Part shown: positions 31,323 to 40,798 of the stretch, in pieces
Numbering within the stretch: the stretch's first letter is position 1
Layout: every line of letters starts with the position of its first letter
Assembly: GCA_963842525.1 (NCBI GenBank)
Contig: CAWJGT010000029.1
Coordinates: 1 to 64,000, forward strand
Source: an uncultured Holophagales bacterium
GTDB taxonomy: Bacteria > Acidobacteriota > Thermoanaerobaculia > Multivoradales > UBA5704
Direction: 5' to 3'
DNA: 64,000 nucleotides
Translations under genes and position numbers: made by a program
The notes under the pieces: model-generated
Told to the model about the DNA's origin: nothing
Database searches by the model: none
Seen by the model: the letters and a program-made list of their open reading frames with translations, nothing else

Positions 31323-33779
31323 ATGGAAACTTTCTTCAAAGACCTGAAACAGTCGGTGCGGATGTTCGCGCAGAGCCCGGCGTTTACGCTGGCGGCCATT
31401 GCCGCGCTGACCCTCGGAATTGGCGTCAACACCGCGATCTTCTCCGTCGTGAATGCGATCCTGCTGCGGCCGGTGGCATTCCCTGACCCTGATCGAATGG
31501 TGATGTTCGTGAACGTGACGCCGCAGGGGGGAGGAGGAGCGGCGTCGCCTGCAAAGTTCCAGCACTACCGCCGGCAGACCAGCGTGGTCCAGGACGTCGC
31601 GGCGTTCCGGACGGGCGTCGTCAACTTCACCGGCGGCAGCTTCCCGGAGCAGCTTCGATCCGGTCAGGTCTCTGCGGACTTCTTTCGTCTTTTCCGTGCG
31701 TCGGTCGTTCAGGGCCGGACGTTCACGGCCGATGAGGACCGTCCGGGGGGCGGGCGCGTTGTCGTGCTCGACCAGGGGCTCTGGTCCACGCGCTTCAACA
31801 GCGATCGAGACATCATCGGCAAGACGATCTCCCTGAGCAGTGAGCCGTACACCGTCATCGGCGTCGTGCGCGACCTCGATTTCTCGGAGCTCGGACCCAC
31901 CCCGCAGGTCTGGATTCCGTTCCGGCTCGATCCCAACTCGGCGGACCAGGGTCACTATTTCCAGGCGCTGGGCCGGCTGAAGCCCGGCGTCACTATCCAG
32001 CAGGCGCAGGCGCAGCTACAGCAGTCGGCGGCCGAGTACCGGCGCAGGTTTCCCGACGCGATCGGGCCGAACGACAGCTTCAACGTGGAGTTGATTCAAG
32101 GGATGCTCGTCGGCAACATCGGGCCGACGCTGCTCGTGCTCGCGGGCGCAGTATGCTTCGTCCTCCTGATCGCGTGCGCCAATGTCGCCAACCTCCTGCT
32201 GGTACGCGCGACGGCCCGGCGGCGTGAGATCGCAATCCGGACGGCGATCGGCGGTACGCGCGGACGCATCATCCGTCAACTGCTGACGGAAAGCGTCGTG
32301 CTCTCGCTGGTGGGCGGAGGGCTGGGTCTGCTGCTCGGCATGATCGGCATCCGCGCGTTGCTGGCCGTCAACACGGCGGGGCTTCCCCGCGTCGGAGAGG
32401 GCGGCTCGCAGGTCGGAGTCGACTGGCGCGTCCTTGTCTTCACGCTCGCAGTCTCCCTCGGCACAGGCATTCTGTTCGGCCTGATTCCGGCGCTGCAGAG
32501 CTCGCGCACCGATCTCACGACGTCGCTCAAGGAGAGCAGCGGCCGGTCGGGCAGCGGTTTCCGGCAGAACAAGACGCGTGCGATCCTGGTGGTGACGGAG
32601 GTCGCGCTGGCGCTGGTCCTCCTCATCGGATCGGCGCTGCTGATTCGCTCCGCGATCGCGCTCGGCCGGGTGGACCCAGGCTTCGACGCGGAGAACGTCC
32701 TGACGATGCGCATGTCGCTGACCGGCCCGCGCTTCCTGAAATCCGAGGGCGTCGAGCAGTTGGTCCGTGACGGGGTCGAACGGCTGCGTGCGGTACCGGG
32801 CGTGGTCAACGCGAGTGCCACGTGCTGTGTGCCGCTGGAGGGGGGCTACGGTCTGCCGTTCCTCATCGTCGGCCGGCCCGCCGAAGGTCCGTTCCATGGC
32901 GAGGGAGCCTGGATGACGGTCTCGCCAGGTTATTTCGAGGTGTTCGACATTCCGGTCAAGCGTGGGCGCTCGTTCACCGAGCGCGATGACAGCCTGTCGC
33001 CTGCCGTGGTCATTATCAACGAAGCCATGGCGCGGCAGTACTGGCCGAAAAGCAATCCGCTGAACGACCGGCTTGTCATCGGGCGCGGCGTCATGCGCGA
33101 GTTCGCCGAGGAGCCCGAACGCCAGATCATCGGAGTGGTCGGCGACACGCGCGACGGCGGCCTCAACAGCGACCCGCAGCCGACGATGTACATCCCGCAG
33201 GCGCAAGTGCCGGACGCAGCGAATGCGCTCAACGTTCTCCTGACACCCATGGCATGGGTCGTCCGCACCCAGGGCGAGCCCTATGCCCTGAGCAACGCGA
33301 TCCAGGAGCAGCTCCGGCAGGCGACCGGGCTGCCCGTCTCCAATGTCCGATCGATGGCCGACGTCGTGTCTGTCTCGACCTCGCGCGAGCGTTTCAACAT
33401 GTGGCTGATGACCGTGTTCGGGGTCTCCGCTCTGCTGCTGGCGGCGATCGGCATCTATGGCTTGATGGCCTATTCGGTCGAGCAGCGAACGCAGGAGATC
33501 GGCATCCGGCTGGCGCTCGGAGCGCAAGCCGCCGAGGTCAAGAACATGGTGGTGATCCAGGGCTTGCGTCTGGCGCTGGCGGGCGTCCTCCTCGGTGTCG
33601 CCGCGGCGCTCGGCCTGGCGCAGTTCATGGCCACGTTCCTGTTCGAGGTGGGCACGCGGGATCCACTGGTCTTCATCGGCGTGCCCATCCTGCTGAGCGC
33701 CGTCGCCTTGCTCGCCGTCTGGCTCCCGGCGCGCCGCGCGAGCCGGGTCGATCCGATCATCGCCTTGCGCTACGAGTAA
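31323..33779 (+). CDS. ADOP family (MacB/FtsX-duplicated) ABC permease
   Basis: LGIGVNTAIFSVV, LIACANVANLLL, EIGIRLALGA, RRASRVDPIIALRYE. Confidence 0.93.
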   Translation: METFFKDLKQSVRMFAQSPAFTLAAIAALTLGIGVNTAIFSVVNAILLRPVAFPDPDRMVMFVNVTPQGGGGAASPAKFQHYRRQTSVVQDVAAFRTGVVNFTGGSFPEQLRSGQVSADFFRLFRASVVQGRTFTADEDRPGGGRVVVLDQGLWSTRFNSDRDIIGKTISLSSEPYTVIGVVRDLDFSELGPTPQVWIPFRLDPNSADQGHYFQALGRLKPGVTIQQAQAQLQQSAAEYRRRFPDAIGPNDSFNVELIQGMLVGNIGPTLLVLAGAVCFVLLIACANVANLLLVRATARRREIAIRTAIGGTRGRIIRQLLTESVVLSLVGGGLGLLLGMIGIRALLAVNTAGLPRVGEGGSQVGVDWRVLVFTLAVSLGTGILFGLIPALQSSRTDLTTSLKESSGRSGSGFRQNKTRAILVVTEVALALVLLIGSALLIRSAIALGRVDPGFDAENVLTMRMSLTGPRFLKSEGVEQLVRDGVERLRAVPGVVNASATCCVPLEGGYGLPFLIVGRPAEGPFHGEGAWMTVSPGYFEVFDIPVKRGRSFTERDDSLSPAVVIINEAMARQYWPKSNPLNDRLVIGRGVMREFAEEPERQIIGVVGDTRDGGLNSDPQPTMYIPQAQVPDAANALNVLLTPMAWVVRTQGEPYALSNAIQEQLRQATGLPVSNVRSMADVVSVSTSRERFNMWLMTVFGVSALLLAAIGIYGLMAYSVEQRTQEIGIRLALGAQAAEVKNMVVIQGLRLALAGVLLGVAAALGLAQFMATFLFEVGTRDPLVFIGVPILLSAVALLAVWLPARRASRVDPIIALRYE

Positions 33780-33802
33780 GGCACCTCACCCGGCGGTTGG
33801 CG

Positions 33803-34741
33803 TCACCGTGCGGCGTCCAGATATCGCAGCAGCTCGCTGTCGGTCGACAACAGGAGCACCGTCTCGGTGTCAAAGCTCTCCTGGAGCGTTCCCATCGACT
33901 TGAGGAAGCGGTAGAAGTCGGGATCGCGGTTGTAGGCGGCGGCATAGATGTCGGCCGCCTCGGCGTCGGCCTTGCCACGGATTTCCTGCGCGGCGCGGTA
34001 GGCCTCCGACTCGATGACCCGGAGCTGGCGGTCCTTCTCTCCCGCGATGCGCGCTGCCTCGCCCGCGCCCTCGGAGCGGTAGCGTTCCGCGATCCTCTTG
34101 CGTTCCGAGATCATGCGCGCGTAGACCTCCTGCCGTACCTCGTCGACGTAGTTGATCTGCTTGATGCGGAAGTCGAGGATCTCGATGCCCAGGTCTCCAG
34201 TGCGGCGACGGGCGTTCTGGAGCACTTCCTCCGTCAGCTTCTCGCGGCCGAATTCGACCCGCTCTGCCGCCTCCGGCTGGCTCAGCTCGGCGATGTCTTC
34301 GGCGACGACGAACGGCCGGTTCGTCGACCGGACGAGGTCGATCAGCTCGTGCTTGGCGATCGTGTTCCGCGTCTCGCCGTCGAGGATGTCGTCGAGCCGC
34401 GACTGCGCGCCGCGCTCGTCGTGGAGGCGTTGGAAGAACAGCAGAGGGTCTGTGACGCGCCAACGCGCATACGAATCGACCCAGATGAAGCGCTTGTCCT
34501 TGGTCGGGATCTGATTCGGATCGCCGTCCCATTCGAGGAAGCGCTTCTCGAACGCATGCGCGGTCTGCACGAATGGCATCTTCAGCTTCAGGCCCGGCGT
34601 TGAGATCGGTTTTCCGACCGGCTTGCCGAACTGCGTGATGACGACCTGCTCCGTCTCCTTGACCGTGAAGAGCGCGCTCGAGAGGACGGCGAAGACGAGG
34701 ATCCCGGCGATGGCGAGGACTGCAAGCCTGACCTGTTTCAC
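33803..34741 (-). CDS. hflC: Protease modulator HflC
   Basis: QFGKP, TKDKR, RMISERKRIA..RSEG, FYRFLKSM. Confidence 0.93.
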   Translation of the reverse strand: MKQVRLAVLAIAGILVFAVLSSALFTVKETEQVVITQFGKPVGKPISTPGLKLKMPFVQTAHAFEKRFLEWDGDPNQIPTKDKRFIWVDSYARWRVTDPLLFFQRLHDERGAQSRLDDILDGETRNTIAKHELIDLVRSTNRPFVVAEDIAELSQPEAAERVEFGREKLTEEVLQNARRRTGDLGIEILDFRIKQINYVDEVRQEVYARMISERKRIAERYRSEGAGEAARIAGEKDRQLRVIESEAYRAAQEIRGKADAEAADIYAAAYNRDPDFYRFLKSMGTLQESFDTETVLLLSTDSELLRYLDAAR

Positions 34742-35730
34742 GGCTTCACCTCCGTCTGTTGATCGAGCGAAAGGAGCGGCAGGACGCCTTTGAGGCTGTC
34801 GTCGACCACGATCTTCCGCTTCACCTTGGGATAGATCGCGCTCATCGTCTCGAGGTACATGCGGCGCCGCGTCACCTCCGGCGCGCGCTGATACGCGGCA
34901 TGGACCTGTATGAAGAGCTCCGCATCACCGTGGGCGCGGTTGACGCGGTCCGTGGCGAAGCCCTGGGCCTGCTCGAGGGTCTGCTCCGCCTGCCCCTTGG
35001 CGCGCGGAATGATCTGGTTGTAGTCGGCACGCGCCTGGTTGATCAGCTTCTCCCGCTCCTGCTGCGCCTGGTTGACTTCATTGAACGACGGCTTGACGGC
35101 GTCCGGCGGATTCACGTCCTGCAGCACGATCTGCTCGACCTTGATCCCGTTCTCGTATTGATCGCAGAGCGCCTGCAGCCGCTGCTCCACCTCGGCGGCG
35201 ATCTCCTGACGGCCGACCGTCAAAACTTCATTGACGCTGCGATCGCCGATCACCTCGCGCATGACCGTCTCGTTCATGTCGCGGAACGTCTTGCGGACGT
35301 TCCTCACCTTGAAGAGATACTTGTACGGATCGCGGACGCGGAACTGCGCGGTCCACTCGACGACGGCGACGTTCAGGTCGCCGGTCAGCATCAGAGACTC
35401 CGCGGAGAGGTCTTCGTCGGAGTAGGTCGTCTGGACGCCCGCCCCGCCGGTTTCCTGGGTGCGGAACCCGAACTCCTCCTTCAACTGCCGCTCGACCGGA
35501 ACCTTCACGATGGTCTCGAGCGGAAAGGGAAGCTTCATGTGCAGGCCGGAAGGGACCTGGCGCACGAAACGGCCGAAGCGCAGCACGACGCCCGCCTCCT
35601 CGGGGTCGATGGTGAACCAGGTCGAGAAAAGGATGATGGCGGCGATGAGAATAACGATCACCCGCACAATGAGATGCCCTCGAAGGCGGGGTGGACGGAA
35701 CTGACGCACGTTCGGCATTTGAAGGCTCAT
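34738..35730 (-). CDS. hflK: Protease modulator HflK
   Basis: GVVLRFG, MLTGDLN, PPDAVKPSF, APEVTRRRMYLE. Confidence 0.93.
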   Translation of the reverse strand: MSLQMPNVRQFRPPRLRGHLIVRVIVILIAAIILFSTWFTIDPEEAGVVLRFGRFVRQVPSGLHMKLPFPLETIVKVPVERQLKEEFGFRTQETGGAGVQTTYSDEDLSAESLMLTGDLNVAVVEWTAQFRVRDPYKYLFKVRNVRKTFRDMNETVMREVIGDRSVNEVLTVGRQEIAAEVEQRLQALCDQYENGIKVEQIVLQDVNPPDAVKPSFNEVNQAQQEREKLINQARADYNQIIPRAKGQAEQTLEQAQGFATDRVNRAHGDAELFIQVHAAYQRAPEVTRRRMYLETMSAIYPKVKRKIVVDDSLKGVLPLLSLDQQTEVKP

Positions 35731-35833
35731 GGAAGCTCCTTTCCTGGAGGAGGACTGTCGGCCGATACTAGCAGCGTGGAGCGGAGCACGGTGGATTCGA
35801 TGGAATCCCTCCATCGGCTTCCCGGTTTTCCGC

Positions 35834-36610
35834 TCACCTGCGCATCGCTGCCAAGCCGAACAAGACCAAGAGGCAAGTCAGAACGATCATCGCCCACTCC
35901 GAGAGCGTGGGAATCGCCGCGGGAAAGCTGGGACCGCCGCTGCATACGGTGACCTGGTTGTTGTCCAGCGTCACGGCGCCATTCCGCGCCAAGGCTCTTC
36001 CGGTCACGCTGGCGCCGGTATTGAGGGTGATGCTGGTGAGCGCGACAATGCTTCCCGCCAGCGCGGTGCCCGTGCCCAGGGTCGCGGAGCTGCCGACCTG
36101 CCAGAACACTCCGCAGCTCGATGCATTGTTGATCAGGAGGACAGACGAGGCGCTCGCGGTCGTGAGCGTGCTTCCTATCTGGAAGATGAAGATGGCATTG
36201 GAGTTGCCTTGCGCGTCGAGAGTCAGCGTTCCCGTCAGCTGGGCCGAGGACGCAAAGCAGTAGACGCCTGGCGTGAGCGTCATCCCACCCAGATCCTGCC
36301 CGGTCAAGTCGGTGTTGCACGCGGCGTTCGCCAAGTCGTTGTACAGGGTTGTGAGGTCGGCCTGAGCCTGGGCCGCGACCGAGTCGGCGGCGTGGATCGT
36401 CCCTCCAGCCACGATCCCGGGAGGAAAGCCGGTGACCGCGCTACCCGGGCTGACGCCCAGATTGCCATTCACGATCGTCGGGCCGGTATTGGTCACTGTC
36501 GAGCCACCCAGCACCGCGAAGGAGCTCAGTGGTTGGGCCACTGCCGTGGAAGGGCCGTAAAGGAGCGCGGCGAATCCCAAAGCCAGGATAGTCAAGCACT
36601 TGCGGTTCAT
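35834..36610 (-). CDS. Ice-binding family protein (DUF3494) with IPTL-CTERM sorting signal
   Basis: FAVLGGSTVTNTG, TLTPGVY, FIFQIGSTL, VFWQVGSSATLGT; IPTLSEW + TM + RR. Confidence 0.9.
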   Translation of the reverse strand: MNRKCLTILALGFAALLYGPSTAVAQPLSSFAVLGGSTVTNTGPTIVNGNLGVSPGSAVTGFPPGIVAGGTIHAADSVAAQAQADLTTLYNDLANAACNTDLTGQDLGGMTLTPGVYCFASSAQLTGTLTLDAQGNSNAIFIFQIGSTLTTASASSVLLINNASSCGVFWQVGSSATLGTGTALAGSIVALTSITLNTGASVTGRALARNGAVTLDNNQVTVCSGGPSFPAAIPTLSEWAMIVLTCLLVLFGLAAMRR

Positions 36611-36730
36611 TCGGACCTCCCTTTCCCTGAGTTGACGCCGGTGATCGAGGGCGCCGCCGCCTTGGGTTTGGCCCCGTCCATGATCGGCGAGGTTTATAGC
36701 ACGCTGTTCTCAAGCTCTTCCGGGCGCTCC

Positions 36731-37366
36731 TCAGAGCAGACCCTGCTCCTCGGCGTAGGTCACCAGCTCGACGCGGCTGGAGAGCCCGAGCTTGCCCATG
36801 ACGTTGGCGCGGTGGCTCTCGACGGTGCGTATGGAGAGGACGAGCAGCTCGGCGATCTGGCGATTGGTGTTCCCCCGAACCAGGAGGCGCAGGACGTCGA
36901 TCTCGCGGCGGGTCAGCGGCTCGACGGGCTCCTGCCGGCGTTCGGTGGTTTCGGTGGGGCCGAGGAGGGCGCGCGTCATCGCGGGGTGGACGTAGACATC
37001 GCCGCGCCGCACCGTGCGGATGGCCCGGAGGATCTCCGCCTCATCGGCCCGTTTGACGACGTAGCCGTCGCCGCCGGCGCGCAGGGCCTCCAGCAGCATG
37101 TTCTCCTCCTCGTGCATGGTGAGGAACAGCACCACCAGCGCGGGAAGCTTCGCCTTGAGGCGGCGGACGGTCTCGATCCCGTTCTCGCCGGGCATGCTGA
37201 TGTCGAGCAGGACCACGTCGGGGCCAAGCTCCTCGGCGAGGCGCAACGCCTCCTCGCCGGTCCCCGCCTCGCCGACCACCTCGAGGTCGGGGTCGGCTCC
37301 GAGCAGCACTCGCAGGCCGGAACGCACGACGGCGTGGTCGTCAGCGATCAGGACGCGAGTCGCCAC
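36731..37366 (-). CDS. NarL/LuxR family response regulator
   Basis: IADDH, LLDISMP, LTRREIDVL...TVESHRANVMGKL. Confidence 0.93.
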   Translation of the reverse strand: MATRVLIADDHAVVRSGLRVLLGADPDLEVVGEAGTGEEALRLAEELGPDVVLLDISMPGENGIETVRRLKAKLPALVVLFLTMHEEENMLLEALRAGGDGYVVKRADEAEILRAIRTVRRGDVYVHPAMTRALLGPTETTERRQEPVEPLTRREIDVLRLLVRGNTNRQIAELLVLSIRTVESHRANVMGKLGLSSRVELVTYAEEQGLL

Positions 37367-38924
37367 ACGCTACCTCCACGGCGATCGTCGTGCCCTCTCC
37401 CGGTGCGCTCTCGATGGTCAGGGTCCCCCCCAGAGCCTCGGCCCGCTCTCGCATCCCGATCAGCCCGAGACGTTCCGCGCCCCTGGCCGGTCCGGGCACG
37501 AAGCCGATCCCGTCGTCCTCCACCATGACCAGGACGCGGCCGTCCCGGCGCTCGGCCAGCACGTCGACCCGGGTGGCGGAGGCGTGCCGTACGACATTGG
37601 TGACCGCCTCCTGGACCACGCGGTAGAGCGTGGTCTCGACGGCGGCCGGCAGGCGCTTCCCCGCGAACCCGCGGGCCTTGTAGCGCACGGTGAGGGTCGA
37701 CTTCGACTCGATCGACAGCAGGTACTGGCGCAAGGCGGCATCGAGCCCGAGGAGGTCGAGGCTGGCGGGCCGCAAGTCGCCGGCCAGGCGGTGGAGACTG
37801 TCGATGACCGCGTCGATCGTCTGCTTGAGATCGGCGACGCGGGCGACGACACCCTCGCGGCCGCCGGTCTCGCGCTCCAGGAGCTGCAGGCCGTAACGCA
37901 GCGACACGAGCGCCTGGGCGGCTTCGTCGTGGAGCTCCCGGGCGACGGCGCGCCGCTCGTTCTCCTGGATCTCGACGAGGCGGCGCGAGAGCGTCTGCAT
38001 CCGCGCGGTCGCCGCCTGCATCTGCTCGAAGAGGACGGCGTTTTCCACGGCCACGGAGGTCTGGGACGAGAGAGCCTCAGCCACTTTCACGTGCTCGTCA
38101 TTGAAGTAGCGCACCTCCTCCTTGGACAACGAGAACAGGCCGGCGACGGCGCCACGAGCGAACAAGGGAACTCCCAGCCAGCTCGACTCGTGGGAGTGGC
38201 CCGCAGGCGGGCTCCAGCCGGGCAGCGCCCCGGTGTCGGGGATGAGGACGGGGGTGCCGGTGGTGAGGATCTGGTGCACGATGGGGTGATCGGTGGCCAG
38301 GAACTGCGGGCGCTCGGCCGGCGCAAGAGGGACCACCCGATCGCCGTCGAAGACGGCACGGACCGAGACGCGCGCCTCCTCCTCGAGTAGCATGACGCTG
38401 GCCCGATCGAAGGGGACCAGCCGGCGAAGGTGGCCGAGCAGCGTCGCCAGGATGATTTCGCGGTCGAGGCTGCGGGTGAGCGCGACCGTTGCCTCGCGCA
38501 AGGCCTCGGCGGTGGCGCGGGCGCGCCGGTCGGCCTCCTGGGCGAGCTTCCGCTCGGTCACGTCGAGGCCGAGGGCCACAGTCAGCCGGGAGCCGTCGGA
38601 GTCGGCGAAGGAGTAGGTGTCCACCTGGTAGGTGTGGCCGTCGGCCGCCGCCCATTCGCGGTCCGCAGGCAGGACAGGCGGCCACGGCGCGCTCGCCGGG
38701 GTCCCGAGGTGCTCCCGGAAATGTCGGTTGGCGAAGCGCACCGAGCGGTCCGGAGCGTACACGAGGACGAGCAGCGGCAGCTCGTCGAGAAGCGAGAAGA
38801 AGCGCTGCCGCTCGGCGGCCAGAGCGGAGTGGGCCTGCTGCAGTTGCGCGGTGCGCTCGCGCAGCGCAGCGACCACATCGTCGTGGCCGCCCTCGAGGTC
38901 GCGGGGTGGAGGTGGCTTTTTCAT
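37341..38924 (-). CDS. PAS-GAF HisKA_3 cytoplasmic sensor kinase
   Basis: ERRAVARELHDE, YRVVQEAVTN, DDGIGF, GLIGMRER; no TM segments. Confidence 0.9.
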   Translation of the reverse strand: MKKPPPPRDLEGGHDDVVAALRERTAQLQQAHSALAAERQRFFSLLDELPLLVLVYAPDRSVRFANRHFREHLGTPASAPWPPVLPADREWAAADGHTYQVDTYSFADSDGSRLTVALGLDVTERKLAQEADRRARATAEALREATVALTRSLDREIILATLLGHLRRLVPFDRASVMLLEEEARVSVRAVFDGDRVVPLAPAERPQFLATDHPIVHQILTTGTPVLIPDTGALPGWSPPAGHSHESSWLGVPLFARGAVAGLFSLSKEEVRYFNDEHVKVAEALSSQTSVAVENAVLFEQMQAATARMQTLSRRLVEIQENERRAVARELHDEAAQALVSLRYGLQLLERETGGREGVVARVADLKQTIDAVIDSLHRLAGDLRPASLDLLGLDAALRQYLLSIESKSTLTVRYKARGFAGKRLPAAVETTLYRVVQEAVTNVVRHASATRVDVLAERRDGRVLVMVEDDGIGFVPGPARGAERLGLIGMRERAEALGGTLTIESAPGEGTTIAVEVACGDSRPDR

Positions 38925-38981
38925 CGTGGAGGACGCCGGGCCATTCCAGCCTATCTTATCCCCCTTTGAACCCAGCGGACC

Positions 38982-39061
38982 CCCGTAGTTTCTACGGGCG
39001 GCTCTCGCTCGACTCTCTGTAGAAACTGCGGTTCTTCGGACGGCGGCAAGGCGGCTAGGCT
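38982..39061 (+). promoter_or_regulatory. Paired GTAG-N3-CTAC boxes plus -10 (TAGGCT) upstream of dodecin
   Basis: CCCGTAGTTTCTACGGG at 38982, GTAGAAACTGC at 39019, TAGGCT at 39056. Confidence 0.6.
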
Positions 39062-39087
39062 GCAAGGCAGAACGAACGGAGGCAAGA

Positions 39088-39291
39088 ATGTCGATAGCCA
39101 AGGTTTCAGAGATCAGCGCGACGTCTGAAAAGAGCTTCGAGGACGCGGTCGTACAGGGGCTCGCCCGGGCGAACAAGACGCTGCGCAACGTGCGCAGCGC
39201 ATGGATCAAGGAGCAGCAGGTGCGGGTGCATGACGGCGCCATCACCGAGTACCAGGTCAACATGATGGTCACCTTCGTGATCGAAGACTAG
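39088..39291 (+). CDS. Dodecin family protein
   Basis: SATSEKSFEDAV, RANKTLRNV..AW, YQV. Confidence 0.9.
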   Translation: MSIAKVSEISATSEKSFEDAVVQGLARANKTLRNVRSAWIKEQQVRVHDGAITEYQVNMMVTFVIED

Positions 39292-39403
39292 CGACCGAAG
39301 GTACTGCCCGGATGCGGCGATCTCCTCGAAGAGCGAGGAGTCCGGCGTTTCTTACATGTAATTGTTACCGATAATCCGGTCGCCGTAGACTGGCACACAA
39401 AGA

Positions 39404-39427
39404 GAGGGCGGCCCTGCGGCCGCCCTC
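39404..39427. terminator. Hairpin between convergent dodecin and PRC-barrel genes
   Basis: GAGGGCGGCC-CTGC-GGCCGCCCTC 10-bp stem. Confidence 0.6.
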
Positions 39428-39452
39428 GGTCCTGCTCGATACCGTCCTGGTC

Positions 39453-39824
39453 TTACTGCCAGTAGGGCTTGTAGCCGTAGAACTTGTAGACCTCGGAGCC
39501 CCAGGTGCGGTCCGACGCCTTCGGGGGGTTGTTCTTGTCGAAGCCCGGGGCGTTCTTCAGCTTGTCCTTGTCGACGTCGAGCGTGAAGTGTTCCCGGCTG
39601 GCGTCGAGCTTCAGGGCCTCGAAGGGAATCGCGAACAGCTTCTCGCCCATCCCCATGAAGCCGCCGAAGGAGAGGACGGCATAGGCGACGCGCCCCTTCT
39701 CCAGGTCGAGCATGATTTCCTCGATTTTGCCGAGGTTCTCGCCGGCACGGTTGACGACGCTGTCGCCGATGATGGCGGAGGTCGAGAGGACGTTGGGATG
39801 GGTTTCCACAGTAGTGTTGGTCAT
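39453..39824 (-). CDS. PRC-barrel domain protein
   Basis: IIGDSVVN..GENLGKI, YAVLSFGGF.G.GEKLFAIP, LKNAPGF. Confidence 0.9.
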   Translation of the reverse strand: MTNTTVETHPNVLSTSAIIGDSVVNRAGENLGKIEEIMLDLEKGRVAYAVLSFGGFMGMGEKLFAIPFEALKLDASREHFTLDVDKDKLKNAPGFDKNNPPKASDRTWGSEVYKFYGYKPYWQ

Positions 39825-39965
39825 GAGATGCACCTTTCGGTCGTGGTAATTCCGAACAACCCCGATTGGACGGGCCCAGAGTAGGCGAGGCGGTCGCGAG
39901 GCTGGCGATAACCTTTGATGTTTTAAAATGACTGCAAGATTCGCGCCGTCGACGCGGGGGTGAGA

Positions 39966-40054
39966 GTAGTTACTACCCACTGCCGCGGGCGAGCCCGTAG
40001 AAAGCACGCTTCACAGCCCGGCGCATGCCGGCTAGATTAGGGAGGCGTCCACTG
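39966..40054 (+). promoter_or_regulatory. Paired GTAG-N3-CTAC boxes plus -10 (TAGATT) upstream of the BON gene
   Basis: GTAGTTACTAC at 39966, GTAGAAAGCAC at 39997, TAGATT at 40033. Confidence 0.65.
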
Positions 40055-40079
40055 TCGGACGCAAGAAAGGACGTTTCTC

Positions 40080-40622
40080 ATGACTCTTCTCAAAGGAATA
40101 GCGATCAGTTTTCTGGCGTTCTGCGCGCTGGCGCTCGCCGGATGCTCTTCGATGGTGTCCGAAGGCAGGCGGGATCTGGATGATGGGATCTCCTCGAAGA
40201 TCGAGGAGTCGCTCGAAGCCAGCTCGGACGTGAAAGCCCGGCAGGTGAATGTCAAGACCCGCGAAGGGGTGGTGTATCTGACCGGCGTCGTCGACACCGA
40301 GAATGCCCGCCGCGAGGCAGGCCGGATCGCGTGGCGCACACGCGGCGTGGAAGGCGTAGTGAACGACTTGACCAACGGTGAGCGGACGATTGGAAGCTGG
40401 GTGGACGACGTGATGATCAGCACGCGCGTCAAGTCGATGCTCATCGCCGACATCGAGGTGAAGGCCTCGGACATCGACGTGAGCTCTTCGCAAGGTGTGG
40501 TGACGCTGATCGGGCGGGTCCGTTCCGACGCGATGAAGCAGGACGCGGAGCGCCTCGCTCGCGGTATCAACGGCGTCACCGACGTCCATAACGAGCTGGT
40601 AGTCGGCAAAGCGATAAATTGA
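40080..40622 (+). CDS. BON domain (OsmY-like) lipoprotein
   Basis: Lipobox LAGC; two BON domains (GVVYLTG, GVVTLIG). Confidence 0.9.
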   Translation: MTLLKGIAISFLAFCALALAGCSSMVSEGRRDLDDGISSKIEESLEASSDVKARQVNVKTREGVVYLTGVVDTENARREAGRIAWRTRGVEGVVNDLTNGERTIGSWVDDVMISTRVKSMLIADIEVKASDIDVSSSQGVVTLIGRVRSDAMKQDAERLARGINGVTDVHNELVVGKAIN

Positions 40623-40678
40623 GCTTCGGAACGCCGGAAATCCCGGCTTCGGCCGTGATTTCCGCGGCGGCCCGGTAC

Positions 40679-40769
40679 GTAGTTACTACCCGGCTTCCCG
40701 CGCGTGGATCCGCAGAAAATACGCTTCACAGGCCGGTGGATGAGGACTAGAGTAGGAAGGCATCCACTG
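40679..40769 (+). promoter_or_regulatory. Paired boxes plus -10 (TAGAGT) upstream of the hybrid kinase; diverged copy of the BON promoter
   Basis: GTAGTTACTAC at 40679, GCAGAAAATAC at 40712, TAGAGT at 40748; shared ACGCTTCACAG and TCCACTG blocks. Confidence 0.65.
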
Positions 40770-40798
40770 GAGATCGCCTCTAGGGAAAAGGAGAAGCA

